This document shows, piece after piece, positions 8,820 through 18,062 of a DNA stretch of 64,000 nucleotides. Source of the stretch: Candidatus Latescibacterota bacterium (GTDB taxonomy: Bacteria; Latescibacterota; UBA2968; UBA8231); the NCBI GenBank assembly GCA_965204725.1, contig OZ242005.1, positions 1,120,001 through 1,184,000 on the forward strand. The letters are read 5' to 3'. How positions within the stretch are numbered: position 1 is the stretch's first letter; each line of letters opens with the position of its first letter. The notes beneath the pieces are model-generated. The model ran no database searches, was not told the DNA's origin, and was given only the letters and a program-made list of their open reading frames with translations. Made by a program: the position numbers and the translations under genes.

Positions 8820-10565
8820 ATGGACCGCGAAGTGATGACCAACGAAGAGAATTACTGTTTTGACGTGGCCGGGTATTTGCACGTGCCGGGGACATTGACG
8901 CGGCCGGAGGTCGAGCGGCTCAATAGGGAGATTGACGCCGTGGGGGCGACCGAGGGCATGCTGGGCTGGCCGGGATCGGCGCGAGAGCCGTTCCGCGACT
9001 TGCTGGTGCATCCGGCGTTGGTGTGGTATCTCAACCAGATCGTCGGCGCGGGGTTTATCCTCGACCGCGAACCAGAAATCTGGTGTGAGGAGACCGGCGA
9101 CCCGGGTGCGCCGCTCGTCGGCGGCAACGAGCCGCGGGATCCCGCCATTGCGTACTACTTCCAGAACGGGCGGCGCTTCAGCGAGGGGGTGCGGGTGCTG
9201 TGGGCACTGGAGGATGTGGAGGAGGGGGATGGCGGCTTTGTGTTGGTGCCGTGTAGTCACAAGGCCCATTTGGCGACGCCAGCGGCCGTGGCGACCGGGG
9301 CCGACGATATGGGGCTGACCTCGCAGCCGGTGCTCAAAGCGGGGGACTTGCTGATCGTGGCGCTGGCGACCGTGCAGGGAATGCGCCCGTGGCAGGGGCC
9401 GGGGCGTCAGCGGCTGTTGAGTTACGAATTCGTGGGGCGCGGCGTGATTCGCAGCGCGGGGACCGGGCCGCAGACCAAGGCGGAGCCGCGCCCGGAGTGG
9501 CATGCCGAGTTGAGTGCGGTCCAGCGGGCCTCGCTCTACAAACCGGGCTACCAAGCCACGTCGCCGCCGCCGACGATTGCGACCGATGGCAAGACGACGC
9601 GGCTGGAGTCCGGGGGCTTCCATCCGTCGCTTTTGCAGGTGGATCCCGACAGCGGCATCGACTACCGGGAGTTTTACTTTTGGGATCTCAACGGCTATCT
9701 GGTCTTGCGCGGGGTGATGGACGAGGAGTGGTTGGCCGCGGCCAACGAGGCCGTGGACCGCTTTGCGGAGCGGATTGAGGTCGGCGAAGAGCTGGCGCGG
9801 GGATCCAAAAGTCTGGCGGGCACCGGGCGGCCCTTGTTGCCCGGACTGCTCGAACTGCCGCAGCCCTATTGCGAACCGTTCCGGCGCATGGTCGCGCATC
9901 CGGCGGTTGAGCACCGGCTGAACTGGATGGGCGGCAGCGGGGGGCGCATGGGCGGGGCGACGGGTTTTGTCTCGGTCCAAGGAACCAGCGGCCACGCACT
10001 ACACGACGCCAACGAGCCGCTCAACCCCGGGCGCGGCTATGTGTATCACAACGGTCGCAGCTATTGCGAGGCGATCACCGTGACTTGGCAGCTCCGGGAT
10101 GTCCGGGCGGGCGACGGGGGGTTTGCCTGCGTGCCGGGCAGCCACAAGGCATACTACAAAATGCCCCCCGGCGTGCGGACCTGCGACCGCGATATGGGGC
10201 TGGTCAAACACGTTGAGATGAAGGCCGGCGACGTGTTGTTCTTCGGCGACGGCGGCACGACCCACGGGGCGTTGGCTTGGCAGAGCGAACTGGCGCGGCG
10301 GGGGATCTTAATCAAGTATTCGTCGCGCAACTTCAACCGCAGCGGCGGGGCGATGGTCCACCCAGAAAACCGCTGGGGCGAATTGGTCGAGGGGATGAGC
10401 GACGCCCAGTTGGCGGTGATGCGCGGCCCAGACCGCGATGTGTTCCACAACAACGTGCCGCGGCTGGAGGTGGCCCATGGCGAGGTGACCGTGTCGTACG
10501 AGCGCGGATCGTCGCTCTACAGCAAGGAAGCACCGACCGGGCCGTTGGCAGCGGACTCGACCTGA
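8820..10565 (+). CDS. Tandem two-domain PhyH-family Fe(II)/2-oxoglutarate oxygenase
   Basis: Two homologous halves (FDVAGYL...GGFVLVPCSHK...KAGD and WDLNGYL...GGFACVPGSHK...KAGD). AAGGAG RBS before ATG 8820. Confidence 0.85.
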   Translation: MDREVMTNEENYCFDVAGYLHVPGTLTRPEVERLNREIDAVGATEGMLGWPGSAREPFRDLLVHPALVWYLNQIVGAGFILDREPEIWCEETGDPGAPLVGGNEPRDPAIAYYFQNGRRFSEGVRVLWALEDVEEGDGGFVLVPCSHKAHLATPAAVATGADDMGLTSQPVLKAGDLLIVALATVQGMRPWQGPGRQRLLSYEFVGRGVIRSAGTGPQTKAEPRPEWHAELSAVQRASLYKPGYQATSPPPTIATDGKTTRLESGGFHPSLLQVDPDSGIDYREFYFWDLNGYLVLRGVMDEEWLAAANEAVDRFAERIEVGEELARGSKSLAGTGRPLLPGLLELPQPYCEPFRRMVAHPAVEHRLNWMGGSGGRMGGATGFVSVQGTSGHALHDANEPLNPGRGYVYHNGRSYCEAITVTWQLRDVRAGDGGFACVPGSHKAYYKMPPGVRTCDRDMGLVKHVEMKAGDVLFFGDGGTTHGALAWQSELARRGILIKYSSRNFNRSGGAMVHPENRWGELVEGMSDAQLAVMRGPDRDVFHNNVPRLEVAHGEVTVSYERGSSLYSKEAPTGPLAADST

Positions 10566-10577
10566 GCCTCCACGCGC

Positions 10578-11690
10578 CTAGGAGACGACAATTGAGTGAA
10601 TGGTGGTCGCGGCCATGGCCTCCCAGTCCACCGCGAGGCCAAGGCCCGGCCCGGCGGGCGCGTAGGCATAGCCGTCGGGTTGGGCGCGGATGACGTCTTG
10701 CATCCCGTATTCGTAGGGTTCGCAGGGAACCGACTGCTCAAAATAGGAGCAGTTGTCGTAGGCTAGCATCAGGTGCAGGTTGGCGGCCGACACGAGGCTG
10801 TAGCCCCACGACATGATCTCGCATTTCATGCCGGCCGCTTCGGCGAGGGCAATCGCTTTGTTGGCTTGGGTTATCCCGCCCATCATGGCCACATCGGTCC
10901 GGGCGCGTCCCCACGCCTTTGAATGCAGGGCCGCGGCAAAGGAGTGGAGGTCTTGGAACCAGTTGCCGGACGGCAGGATGGGAATGGTCACCCGGCTGGT
11001 CAGATCCCGATAGCCGTCGAGATCCGAGTCGTGCAGCGGCGCTTCAAACCACGTAAAGCCCATCGCTTCGAGTTGTTGGGCGACGCGCAGGGCCCCGTCG
11101 CGGTCGTAGTTGTTTTCCGCGTCGAGCATGAAGGCGATGTCGTGGCCGGGGTACTGCTTGCGGACGGCGCGGGCGAGTTCGAGGTCTAGCTCGGGGATGC
11201 ACCAAGTGTGGAACTTGATGGCCTTGAAGCCTTGGGCGATGAACTCCTCGGCATTCTTGAGATAGGATTCGACATCCGCAAAAAGCGGGGTGCTGGCATA
11301 GGCGGGAATTTTGTCGCGCGCTCCGCCCAACAGCCGGTAGAGCGGCAGCCCCGCGGCCTTGCCGGCCAGATCCCACAGGGCGATGTCGAGGGCCGCCAGC
11401 GCTTGGGGCGGCAGCGGAAAGACGCGCGGCCTGATCTCGTGCCATATACGCTCTCGCAAGAGCGGGTCCTTGCCCAGCAGGATGGGGGCGAGGTGGCGGA
11501 TGGCTTCGGCCGTATAGCGCTCAAAGTCAAAGGAGGTCGCATTCCAGACGCCGGCGACTCCCTCGATGCCCTCGTCCGTATAGAGCCGGACGACCGTGTT
11601 GGTCGAGTACTGGTCCGGCAGATCGTCCGACCAAGTGAAGCGATCGACCGGCGGGGCCACAGTGCGTATTTCGACTTTGGTGATGTGCAT
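10578..11690 (-). CDS. Mandelate racemase/muconate lactonizing enzyme (enolase superfamily)
   Basis: ALDIALWDLAGKAAGLPLYRLLGG, GFKAIKFH, MLDAEN, WFEAP, PGLG. Confidence 0.9.
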   Translation of the reverse strand: MHITKVEIRTVAPPVDRFTWSDDLPDQYSTNTVVRLYTDEGIEGVAGVWNATSFDFERYTAEAIRHLAPILLGKDPLLRERIWHEIRPRVFPLPPQALAALDIALWDLAGKAAGLPLYRLLGGARDKIPAYASTPLFADVESYLKNAEEFIAQGFKAIKFHTWCIPELDLELARAVRKQYPGHDIAFMLDAENNYDRDGALRVAQQLEAMGFTWFEAPLHDSDLDGYRDLTSRVTIPILPSGNWFQDLHSFAAALHSKAWGRARTDVAMMGGITQANKAIALAEAAGMKCEIMSWGYSLVSAANLHLMLAYDNCSYFEQSVPCEPYEYGMQDVIRAQPDGYAYAPAGPGLGLAVDWEAMAATTIHSIVVS

Positions 11691-11883
11691 GGGTATCCCA
11701 CCTTTCAGTTACGGAGCGTTTCGATGCCCCCGGCCGATTTTATAATAGCCCTGTTCTATCGCATTGACAATCAGAGGTTTGACGTGCCGACTTGCGCTGG
11801 CTTACAGCAAACAGGGCCTCGACTTCGAGGCCGGGGCGGCCATGGCTCGGTATGAACAAATCGTCGCGGCGGGTGAGGAGTAA

Positions 11884-11912
11884 TTGCAGGTACGCATCGG
11901 AATGGCTATGCT
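11884..11912 (+). promoter_or_regulatory. Sigma70-type promoter of tRNA-Val
   Basis: TTGCAG-17 nt-TATGCT ending 8 nt before the tRNA. Confidence 0.55.
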
Positions 11913-11920
11913 TAGAGCAT

Positions 11921-11997
11921 GGGCGGTTAGCTCAGTTGGTCAGAGCGCCTGCCTTACAAGCAGGATGTCCCCAGTTCGAGTCTGGGATCGCCCACCA
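11921..11997 (+). tRNA. tRNA-Val (anticodon TAC)
   Basis: Acceptor stem GGGCGGT/ATCGCCC, D-arm AGCTCAGTTGGTCAGAGC, anticodon stem CCTGC/GCAGG around CT-TAC-AA, T-loop GTTCGAG, encoded CCA end. Confidence 0.96.
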
Positions 11998-12008
11998 CTT
12001 TACTTTGC

Positions 12009-12035
12009 AAGCCCCTGAGCAATCAGGGGCTTTTT
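12009..12035 (+). terminator. Intrinsic terminator after tRNA-Val
   Basis: AAGCCCCTGA-GCAA-TCAGGGGCTTTTT. Confidence 0.8.
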
Positions 12036-12058
12036 ATTGGTGACAAGGAGGATTACTC

Positions 12059-12625
12059 ATGCGGCGTTTGGTATGCGCGTTGGGGCTGGTGGCCCTGTTT
12101 TGCAATGCCCGGCCGGCCTTTGCTCAGGACGACATTGTGGCCGAAGACGTGGTCGATCGGGAGACTGTGAAGGCGTTTGTCCTGAGAGCGAAGTCGGTAG
12201 TGGAGGGCTTTGGCTCCCTCGCCGAGGCTTTGGGTTCCTTTGAGACGTTCCGCGCCGAAGGCGAGTGGCGCAAAGGGCCGATCTATCTCTACGTGTACGC
12301 CCTCAACGGGAACTGCATCTTTCACGGGGCCGATCAAAGCCTAGAGGGCCAAAACCGGCTCGACATCGAAGACGTCAACGGCGTCAAAATAATCCAAGAG
12401 CTCCTCGCCGCGGCAGCCGCGGGCGGCGGATATGTGGAGTATTTTCGCGACAATCCGGCCGTAGAGGGCGATGAAGCAATGGGCTCGCCCAAGGTGGGGT
12501 ACGCCGCTCCGCTCGACGTTTTTGGGCAAGAGCTGATGATTGGCTCTGGGTTTTACCCGGTGGACGCTGCCTCGACCGCGGTCGAGCGCATTTCTTGGGG
12601 CCAGCTAAAAGGCGCGCTTCAATAG
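12059..12625 (+). CDS. Secreted single Cache-domain protein with C-terminal 'TAVERISWGQLK' motif
   Basis: Signal peptide (…PAFA/QD); Cache-like YLYVYALNGNCIFHG…LEGQN…DVNG…GGGYVEY…PKVGY…MIGSGFY; AAGGAGG RBS. Confidence 0.8.
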   Translation: MRRLVCALGLVALFCNARPAFAQDDIVAEDVVDRETVKAFVLRAKSVVEGFGSLAEALGSFETFRAEGEWRKGPIYLYVYALNGNCIFHGADQSLEGQNRLDIEDVNGVKIIQELLAAAAAGGGYVEYFRDNPAVEGDEAMGSPKVGYAAPLDVFGQELMIGSGFYPVDAASTAVERISWGQLKGALQ

Positions 12626-14583
12626 ACTACGGCGAGGCTCCGTTCCCGCGCCCATTGCCCGTGGTCGGTTTGGGCGCGCACCTGCACGACGTACAGTCCG
12701 GGCGCGACGAGTTGCTCCTTTTCGTCGCGTCCGTTCCACAAGGCTCGATGGCGGCCGCTGCGTTGTGCGCCGAGGGCCTGCCGCCACGCCGAGCGGCCGT
12801 CGAGCGCGTAGATTTCCAGCTCTACCTCGGCGGTCGCTAGCAAGCGGAACAAGGTGTACTCGATCGTCACGTGGTCGTTGATCCCGTCCCCCTGCGGAGT
12901 GAACGCGGTCGGTTGCACCTCCACATTCCCCAATACCCCCGCCAAGGCCCGCCCGCTGGCGACTAGGCGCAGCTGATCCGTGCCCAAGGCGTCGCTGGCG
13001 TCGCCCCCTTCCACTTGCTGCGGCAGGCTCTGCCCAGAGCGTACGAATACTTCGGCTTGCACCGCGCCCGAAGCCGTGTACAGGCTGGTTTCCAAGCGCA
13101 AGCGCAGCGTTTGCGCGCCCCCGTCGCGGATGGGTTCGGGCAGATAGATCGCTAGGCCCTCGGGTTCGGAGACGACGCTGTCGGCCGCCACCGGCTGCAA
13201 GGGGTGGCCCATTTCCACGCCGAGCAGGGCACCTGCGCCGGGCAGGGTCAGGCGCACCGCGTCAAAACCGGCTTGTCCGGCCGCAAACTCGGCTCGCAGG
13301 TCGCAGACCAACTCGATCGTGTGCCCGGCCGGGACCTCGGCAATGTGACCGGTGGGCTGTAGGTCGCCGGCCGCGGCTACCTCGCCCACCACCCGCTCGG
13401 CCAGCAGCGGAGCATACTCCAGCGCCAGCGAATCCAAGCGGGTAAAATCCCACAGCGTTTCGGTCGTCAAGGTCAGGCGCACCTGCCAGTAGCGGCCGCT
13501 CGGAACTCGGGGCCGCTCGCCGGAATGGCGCAGCGGCGGCGACCAAAAGCTCCAGTGATCCGCGTCGTCGATAATGGGGCCGCGCCAGCCGACGGCCGGG
13601 GGATCCCAAGGCCATATCCGCTGCTTGAGCCGTTCGTATTTGCTTTGCGTTACTTCCACGAGTTGGCCGATGTCGTCGTACCCGTGATAGCCGGTGGGCG
13701 TGGGGTCTAGACCGGACTTGATCTCTACTTGCGCGGAGGTGGGCGCGTTGGGCGCGGCCGCGATGTGGTCGCCTTCGCGCCGCCACCGGCTCGCGCCAAA
13801 GCGCACGCGCCCGATGTTCACCTCTTGCCCCAAATCGATTACTTGCGATGTCCAAGTGGCGTGCGGCGGGAAGCCCCGGCCGGACACTGCTAGTTCGGCC
13901 AAGGCGAATTTGGTGTAGTACCGGCCGTTGTCCGGGAAGAAGTAGATGCGCAGAAAGCGCAGGTATTGCAGGGGAAACTCAATCTGGACGACGGCCTCGG
14001 TATTCAGATCGACGCTGGATAGCAGGACGTCCAAGGGCCGGTAGTGGGTGCCCTCTTCCGAGGCGACGCTGGCCGGGTCGAGGCTGCCGGAGAGTTCGTA
14101 TTTGGCAAAGGCGAAGTTGGGGCGATACGGCTCTTGGGTGAACGCGTCGCGGCCCTCGGGTGGGTAGAAAGCAAAGCGATCGACCGGCGCGGGTGCGCCG
14201 AGGTCAATGGTGTAGAATTCGTGGGGGTCGTAGTAGGAATGCGCCGAGAAGAAGGTCGCGAGGTCGCCGTCGACAAAGTCGCGTGGCTCGGCGCGGGGCC
14301 GGAGGTAATTGATCCCGCGCCAGATGCGGGCATCGCCCAAGCGATATGTGGATTCGCCGGGGGAGCGCCAGCGATACCAAGGCCCTAATTGGGGGAGCAA
14401 GTTTTCCCCGGGTTTGAGCGTGCGCGGCTGGAGGACAGACGGGTCGGTCTCGTCGTCCATCATCCGCAGTTGCCCGGTCCACGTCGCCCACGGCACTGCG
14501 CCGCCGAGGCGAAACTCATCGACCGCCCACGAGTGCGCCGACAGACCGCTGAGCATCAAGGCAAGGGCGAACGCATGTCGCAT
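12619..14583 (-). CDS. Secreted protein with discoidin-like region and C-terminal FlgD-Ig (T9SS CTD-like) domain
   Basis: Signal peptide (…SWA/VD); IDLG motifs; C-terminal FTPQGDGIND…IYALDGR…WNGRDE..LVAPGLYVV…AVVY. Confidence 0.8.
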   Translation of the reverse strand: MRHAFALALMLSGLSAHSWAVDEFRLGGAVPWATWTGQLRMMDDETDPSVLQPRTLKPGENLLPQLGPWYRWRSPGESTYRLGDARIWRGINYLRPRAEPRDFVDGDLATFFSAHSYYDPHEFYTIDLGAPAPVDRFAFYPPEGRDAFTQEPYRPNFAFAKYELSGSLDPASVASEEGTHYRPLDVLLSSVDLNTEAVVQIEFPLQYLRFLRIYFFPDNGRYYTKFALAELAVSGRGFPPHATWTSQVIDLGQEVNIGRVRFGASRWRREGDHIAAAPNAPTSAQVEIKSGLDPTPTGYHGYDDIGQLVEVTQSKYERLKQRIWPWDPPAVGWRGPIIDDADHWSFWSPPLRHSGERPRVPSGRYWQVRLTLTTETLWDFTRLDSLALEYAPLLAERVVGEVAAAGDLQPTGHIAEVPAGHTIELVCDLRAEFAAGQAGFDAVRLTLPGAGALLGVEMGHPLQPVAADSVVSEPEGLAIYLPEPIRDGGAQTLRLRLETSLYTASGAVQAEVFVRSGQSLPQQVEGGDASDALGTDQLRLVASGRALAGVLGNVEVQPTAFTPQGDGINDHVTIEYTLFRLLATAEVELEIYALDGRSAWRQALGAQRSGRHRALWNGRDEKEQLVAPGLYVVQVRAQTDHGQWARERSLAVVY

Positions 14584-14672
14584 GGGGGACCTCTTTACTC
14601 TAGGACTATCATCTTCCGCTCAACCACTATCCGAAGAACGGAGTGCCCGTGTCAATAGGTACTTCGTCGGGG

Positions 14673-15923
14673 TTAGGGAATGCTAGGGGTGCGCGTCGGT
14701 CGTAGCCCGAAGAAGGCTGCCATGATTAGGCCGCTTGCGATCCGCGCCGCGCAGGCCAAGCCGAAGGCGGCCCCGTAGCCATAGTCGAGGATGAGTGTGC
14801 CGCCTAGGAGGCTGCCGAGGAAGTTCAAAAGCTGGAAGCCGCAGACGCGCAGGCCCTGAATCCGCGCCCAGTAGCGCCGGGGTAGCACTTGGGTGGAGAA
14901 GTGCTGGTCGGATGGGTTGTCGATGACTTCGCCGATGCGGACGAGCAGGAACATGGGTACGGCCAACGGCAGGCTGATAAAGGCACCCATAATCCCGAGG
15001 GCGCTGCCGCCCACAGTGCGGGCCGGAAGGATGGTCAGGGTCGGGCCGAAGCGGCGCACTAGCGTTGGCGCGGCAAAGGTCGCGGGCAGGCCGGCGAGTT
15101 GGCTGAGGAAGAAGATCGCGCCGATTGCAACCGGGCCGATGCCCAGCTCGGCCTCGAAGAACACGTTGAAGAATGGATACGTCAGCCCCATGGAGAAGCC
15201 GCGCGTACCGCTCAAGGCGGTAATGGCGGCAAAGACCCGCCACGGGGTGGCCGCCGGCCGGTCCTCGTCCGGTGACCGGCGCGGTGGTGCTCTTTCGCGG
15301 CGGGTTTGGCCGGATGCGTACAACAGCGGCACGACCGCGATGAGCGAGCAAGCCGCGCCGAGAAGCAGGGCGTAGCGGAAGGGCGCGGGGGCCTCGGTGG
15401 AAAGGCCGAGGAAGTAGCCCATGACCCCGGGCATGAAGCCGCCGATTAGGCTCAAGAGCATGCGGACGATGATTTGCAGGGCCGACCATATAGCGAGGGC
15501 TTCGGCGCGTCGGGCCGGATGGGCGTTGTCCGAGAGGAAGGGGACGTGGTTGACCCAGACGAAGGCCATGGCCACGCCGCCGACAAACGAGAACGCCAGC
15601 AGGGACCCCGGCGACGTGGTCCAGCACAGGCCCACCTGAGAAACAGCCAGCAGCAGACCCGAGGCAATGAGGAAGGGCCGGCGGCCGAGGCGGTCGCTGA
15701 GGATGCCGGTGGGCAGCGCGAGCAGGCCGGTCGCCAGCGGTGCCATGCTGGCGACTTGGCCGATGAAGTCCTCTTGGTAGCTCAGGCGCAGTAGATAGAG
15801 GTTGTACAGCAGGGAGAAGAGCGCCATGCCGGCGTTGATCGAAGTGCCAAAAGCGAAAAACAGCCGGACATTGCGGTTGAATTCCCGCAGCCGAAAGCGG
15901 CTTAGGGCAGTGCCGATGGGCAT
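14673..15923 (-). CDS. MFS transporter
   Basis: About 12 hydrophobic segments; motif A GILSDRLGRRP. Confidence 0.9.
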   Translation of the reverse strand: MPIGTALSRFRLREFNRNVRLFFAFGTSINAGMALFSLLYNLYLLRLSYQEDFIGQVASMAPLATGLLALPTGILSDRLGRRPFLIASGLLLAVSQVGLCWTTSPGSLLAFSFVGGVAMAFVWVNHVPFLSDNAHPARRAEALAIWSALQIIVRMLLSLIGGFMPGVMGYFLGLSTEAPAPFRYALLLGAACSLIAVVPLLYASGQTRRERAPPRRSPDEDRPAATPWRVFAAITALSGTRGFSMGLTYPFFNVFFEAELGIGPVAIGAIFFLSQLAGLPATFAAPTLVRRFGPTLTILPARTVGGSALGIMGAFISLPLAVPMFLLVRIGEVIDNPSDQHFSTQVLPRRYWARIQGLRVCGFQLLNFLGSLLGGTLILDYGYGAAFGLACAARIASGLIMAAFFGLRPTRTPSIP

Positions 15924-16930
15924 CCGGCGTGGCGTTTCTCAAAGACCTCGACGGCTTTTTGCACGGCTATCTTTGCGGTTTGGACTCGCTCGGCAAAGGG
16001 CCGCTCCATGCCGGTCTCAATGGTGAAGGCCAAGCCGTAGGTGTGCGCGGCAAAGTCGGCGAGGTTGAGGCCCTCGCCGCGTTGCTGGGGATTGAGCCAG
16101 AAGACGCTGCGCGGCCCTTTGGTAAAAAAGGCCCCGGGCAAATAATCGCTCGGAGCGAGGGCCGCGCCCGAGGCCGCAACCGCCGAGATCATCTCGCCGG
16201 CGAGGGCCTCCTCCCACTGCTGGTCGCTAAGAGTGCGCTGGTGTCGCGCCGAAAACCAGAAGAAGTCGCCTTGGTGCTCGTGGAGGTCCAGCGTCAGGCC
16301 GGGCCTTATGGCGGCCATGAGATCGCGGGTGCAACGCGGCTCGATGGGTGCCCAAGGGGTGTCGTGGAAGCGATTGAGGTGGAGGACTTGGCCGGCCGGG
16401 TCAATCACCAGCGTGTACGCGCGTTCGACGCCGGGATTGCGGGTGGAGAAATAGAGCCGACGGCCCTTGAGGGCTTCGATCCAGTCGCCGACCGGATGGT
16501 TGTACAAATTGCGCGTTGCGTAGCCGGCCTCGCCGATGAGGGCGACCACGGTATCGCCTTCGTCCAAGAGGACTTGGCCGCACTCTTTGAGCAAGGGGGC
16601 TACGTCGTCGAGGCCGCTGAGATCGGGGACGGTCGCTAGGCTCATACCGAGCGCGTAGGCCAGTCCATTCAGGCCGATGGGGTCGCGGGTGGGAATGGTG
16701 TAGAGCGAGTGCTCGGTCTCGATCTCGTTGATGAGGGCGCAGGCCGCGCTGACGCCCGCCTGTTCGGTGGCGTGGCTGCCGGCGCTGATGAAAATGGCCG
16801 GTGCCTTGTTGCCGCCGCTTTTGACCGCGACGATGGGTTGTCCGTCGATTGTGTAGCCGATGGTCTGCGGGGTGTGACCGGCGTCCCGTATGTAGGCGAT
16901 CAGCTCGGGGTAGTGGTTGAATGGCTGCAT
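15902..16930 (-). CDS. M14-family zinc carboxypeptidase/deacylase-like protein
   Basis: SAGSHATE (HxxE), HLNR, LDLHEH, FTIETG. Start MQPFNH at 16930. Confidence 0.75.
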   Translation of the reverse strand: MQPFNHYPELIAYIRDAGHTPQTIGYTIDGQPIVAVKSGGNKAPAIFISAGSHATEQAGVSAACALINEIETEHSLYTIPTRDPIGLNGLAYALGMSLATVPDLSGLDDVAPLLKECGQVLLDEGDTVVALIGEAGYATRNLYNHPVGDWIEALKGRRLYFSTRNPGVERAYTLVIDPAGQVLHLNRFHDTPWAPIEPRCTRDLMAAIRPGLTLDLHEHQGDFFWFSARHQRTLSDQQWEEALAGEMISAVAASGAALAPSDYLPGAFFTKGPRSVFWLNPQQRGEGLNLADFAAHTYGLAFTIETGMERPFAERVQTAKIAVQKAVEVFEKRHAGCPSALP

Positions 16931-16935
16931 GGCGT

Positions 16936-17943
16936 TTAGGCGCACAGGGGATGCGCCATCTGGGCGCGGCGGAAGGGGATGTCGATTTGGTCGCCCTGAT
17001 TGATGGCGGCCATTTTGGCCCGCGCCTCCAGCCACAGCCGGTGCCACTCGGCCGGATCGCGCAATTCGCTGGCTGGGTCGCGGCGGCTGCGGGCGACAAA
17101 CCCGGGGAAGGCGATGCGCCCGGTGGGCTGGTCGGTGGGATTGTAGCGCAGGTCAAAGCTCCAACGAACCTCGTCGCTGAGGTTGGAATACGAGCCGTGG
17201 ACGGTCTGCTTGTGCATGCAGATGACGTCGCCGCGCTCCACCGGCAGGGGGATGGCCCGGTCGGCCGCGAAGAGCTTTTCCGGGACTTGGGCGGCCCCGG
17301 CAAACTGGGGCGCGTTGTCCATGTAGTTGGGGCAGTGCGGCAAGAGGCCGTTTTTGTGCGAGCCGGGCGCGACCATCAGCGGCCCCTTCTCAACGGGGGT
17401 GTCTTGCAGCGGGAACCACACCGTTAGCATCTGGGTGTCGTCGGCTTCTTCGGTTACGACGCCGTGGTCTTGGTGCCATTGGGTGGCCCCGAGGACGGCG
17501 TTGCCGAACTGGTTTTTGGGCAGGTAGCGCTCGGGCGGCTTGATCCGCACGTGCTGGACCGGGTTGGAGTAGATTTCCGGGCCGATTAGCGACTCGACGA
17601 CGTCGAGCAGGTTGGGGTCGGTGAAGGCGCGGAAGACGGCTGGCCCGGCCCAGAAGGGGGTGTCGGCCTGGACGTTCTGAAAGGGCAGCGAGAAGTCGAA
17701 GTACTGGCTGTGGACGCGGCCGGTTTCCACGCAGATTTGGATGTAGCGGTCGCCGAAGCCGAGCTCGTGGTAGCGCGAGGCAATCTCGCCTTGATCGTAG
17801 AGCTCGTCGGCCAAGTGGTCGAGGACGGTGGCATATTCGTCAATGACCGGGTCGAGGGTGTTGACCGGATCGAGGACGCCTTTGACGACGAGGTAGCCTT
17901 CGCTGGCAAAGTGGTCGAGTTGGGCGGGGGTGAGGGCGGGCAT
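16936..17943 (-). CDS. Phytanoyl-CoA dioxygenase (PhyH) family protein
   Basis: WHQD…TVWFPL…PGSH…TVHGS…RWSFDLRY, canonical HxD…H triad. GGAGG RBS before ATG 17943. Confidence 0.9.
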   Translation of the reverse strand: MPALTPAQLDHFASEGYLVVKGVLDPVNTLDPVIDEYATVLDHLADELYDQGEIASRYHELGFGDRYIQICVETGRVHSQYFDFSLPFQNVQADTPFWAGPAVFRAFTDPNLLDVVESLIGPEIYSNPVQHVRIKPPERYLPKNQFGNAVLGATQWHQDHGVVTEEADDTQMLTVWFPLQDTPVEKGPLMVAPGSHKNGLLPHCPNYMDNAPQFAGAAQVPEKLFAADRAIPLPVERGDVICMHKQTVHGSYSNLSDEVRWSFDLRYNPTDQPTGRIAFPGFVARSRRDPASELRDPAEWHRLWLEARAKMAAINQGDQIDIPFRRAQMAHPLCA

Positions 17944-18062
17944 GGGCGTAGCCTCCATTGGGTTCGGGTCAGTGGCTGGCGGTCTCTCTACAATACAGTA
18001 GGTTGCTGCGGTCTGGCAAGGGGCATCATAGCCGTTGCTTTGCGGATGTTTCTCCGATTTCC

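Noticed and set aside
11921-11997. tRNA-Val as an integration (att) site
   Set aside because: No duplicated tRNA 3' end and no integrase seen in the window; flanking genes look host-like.
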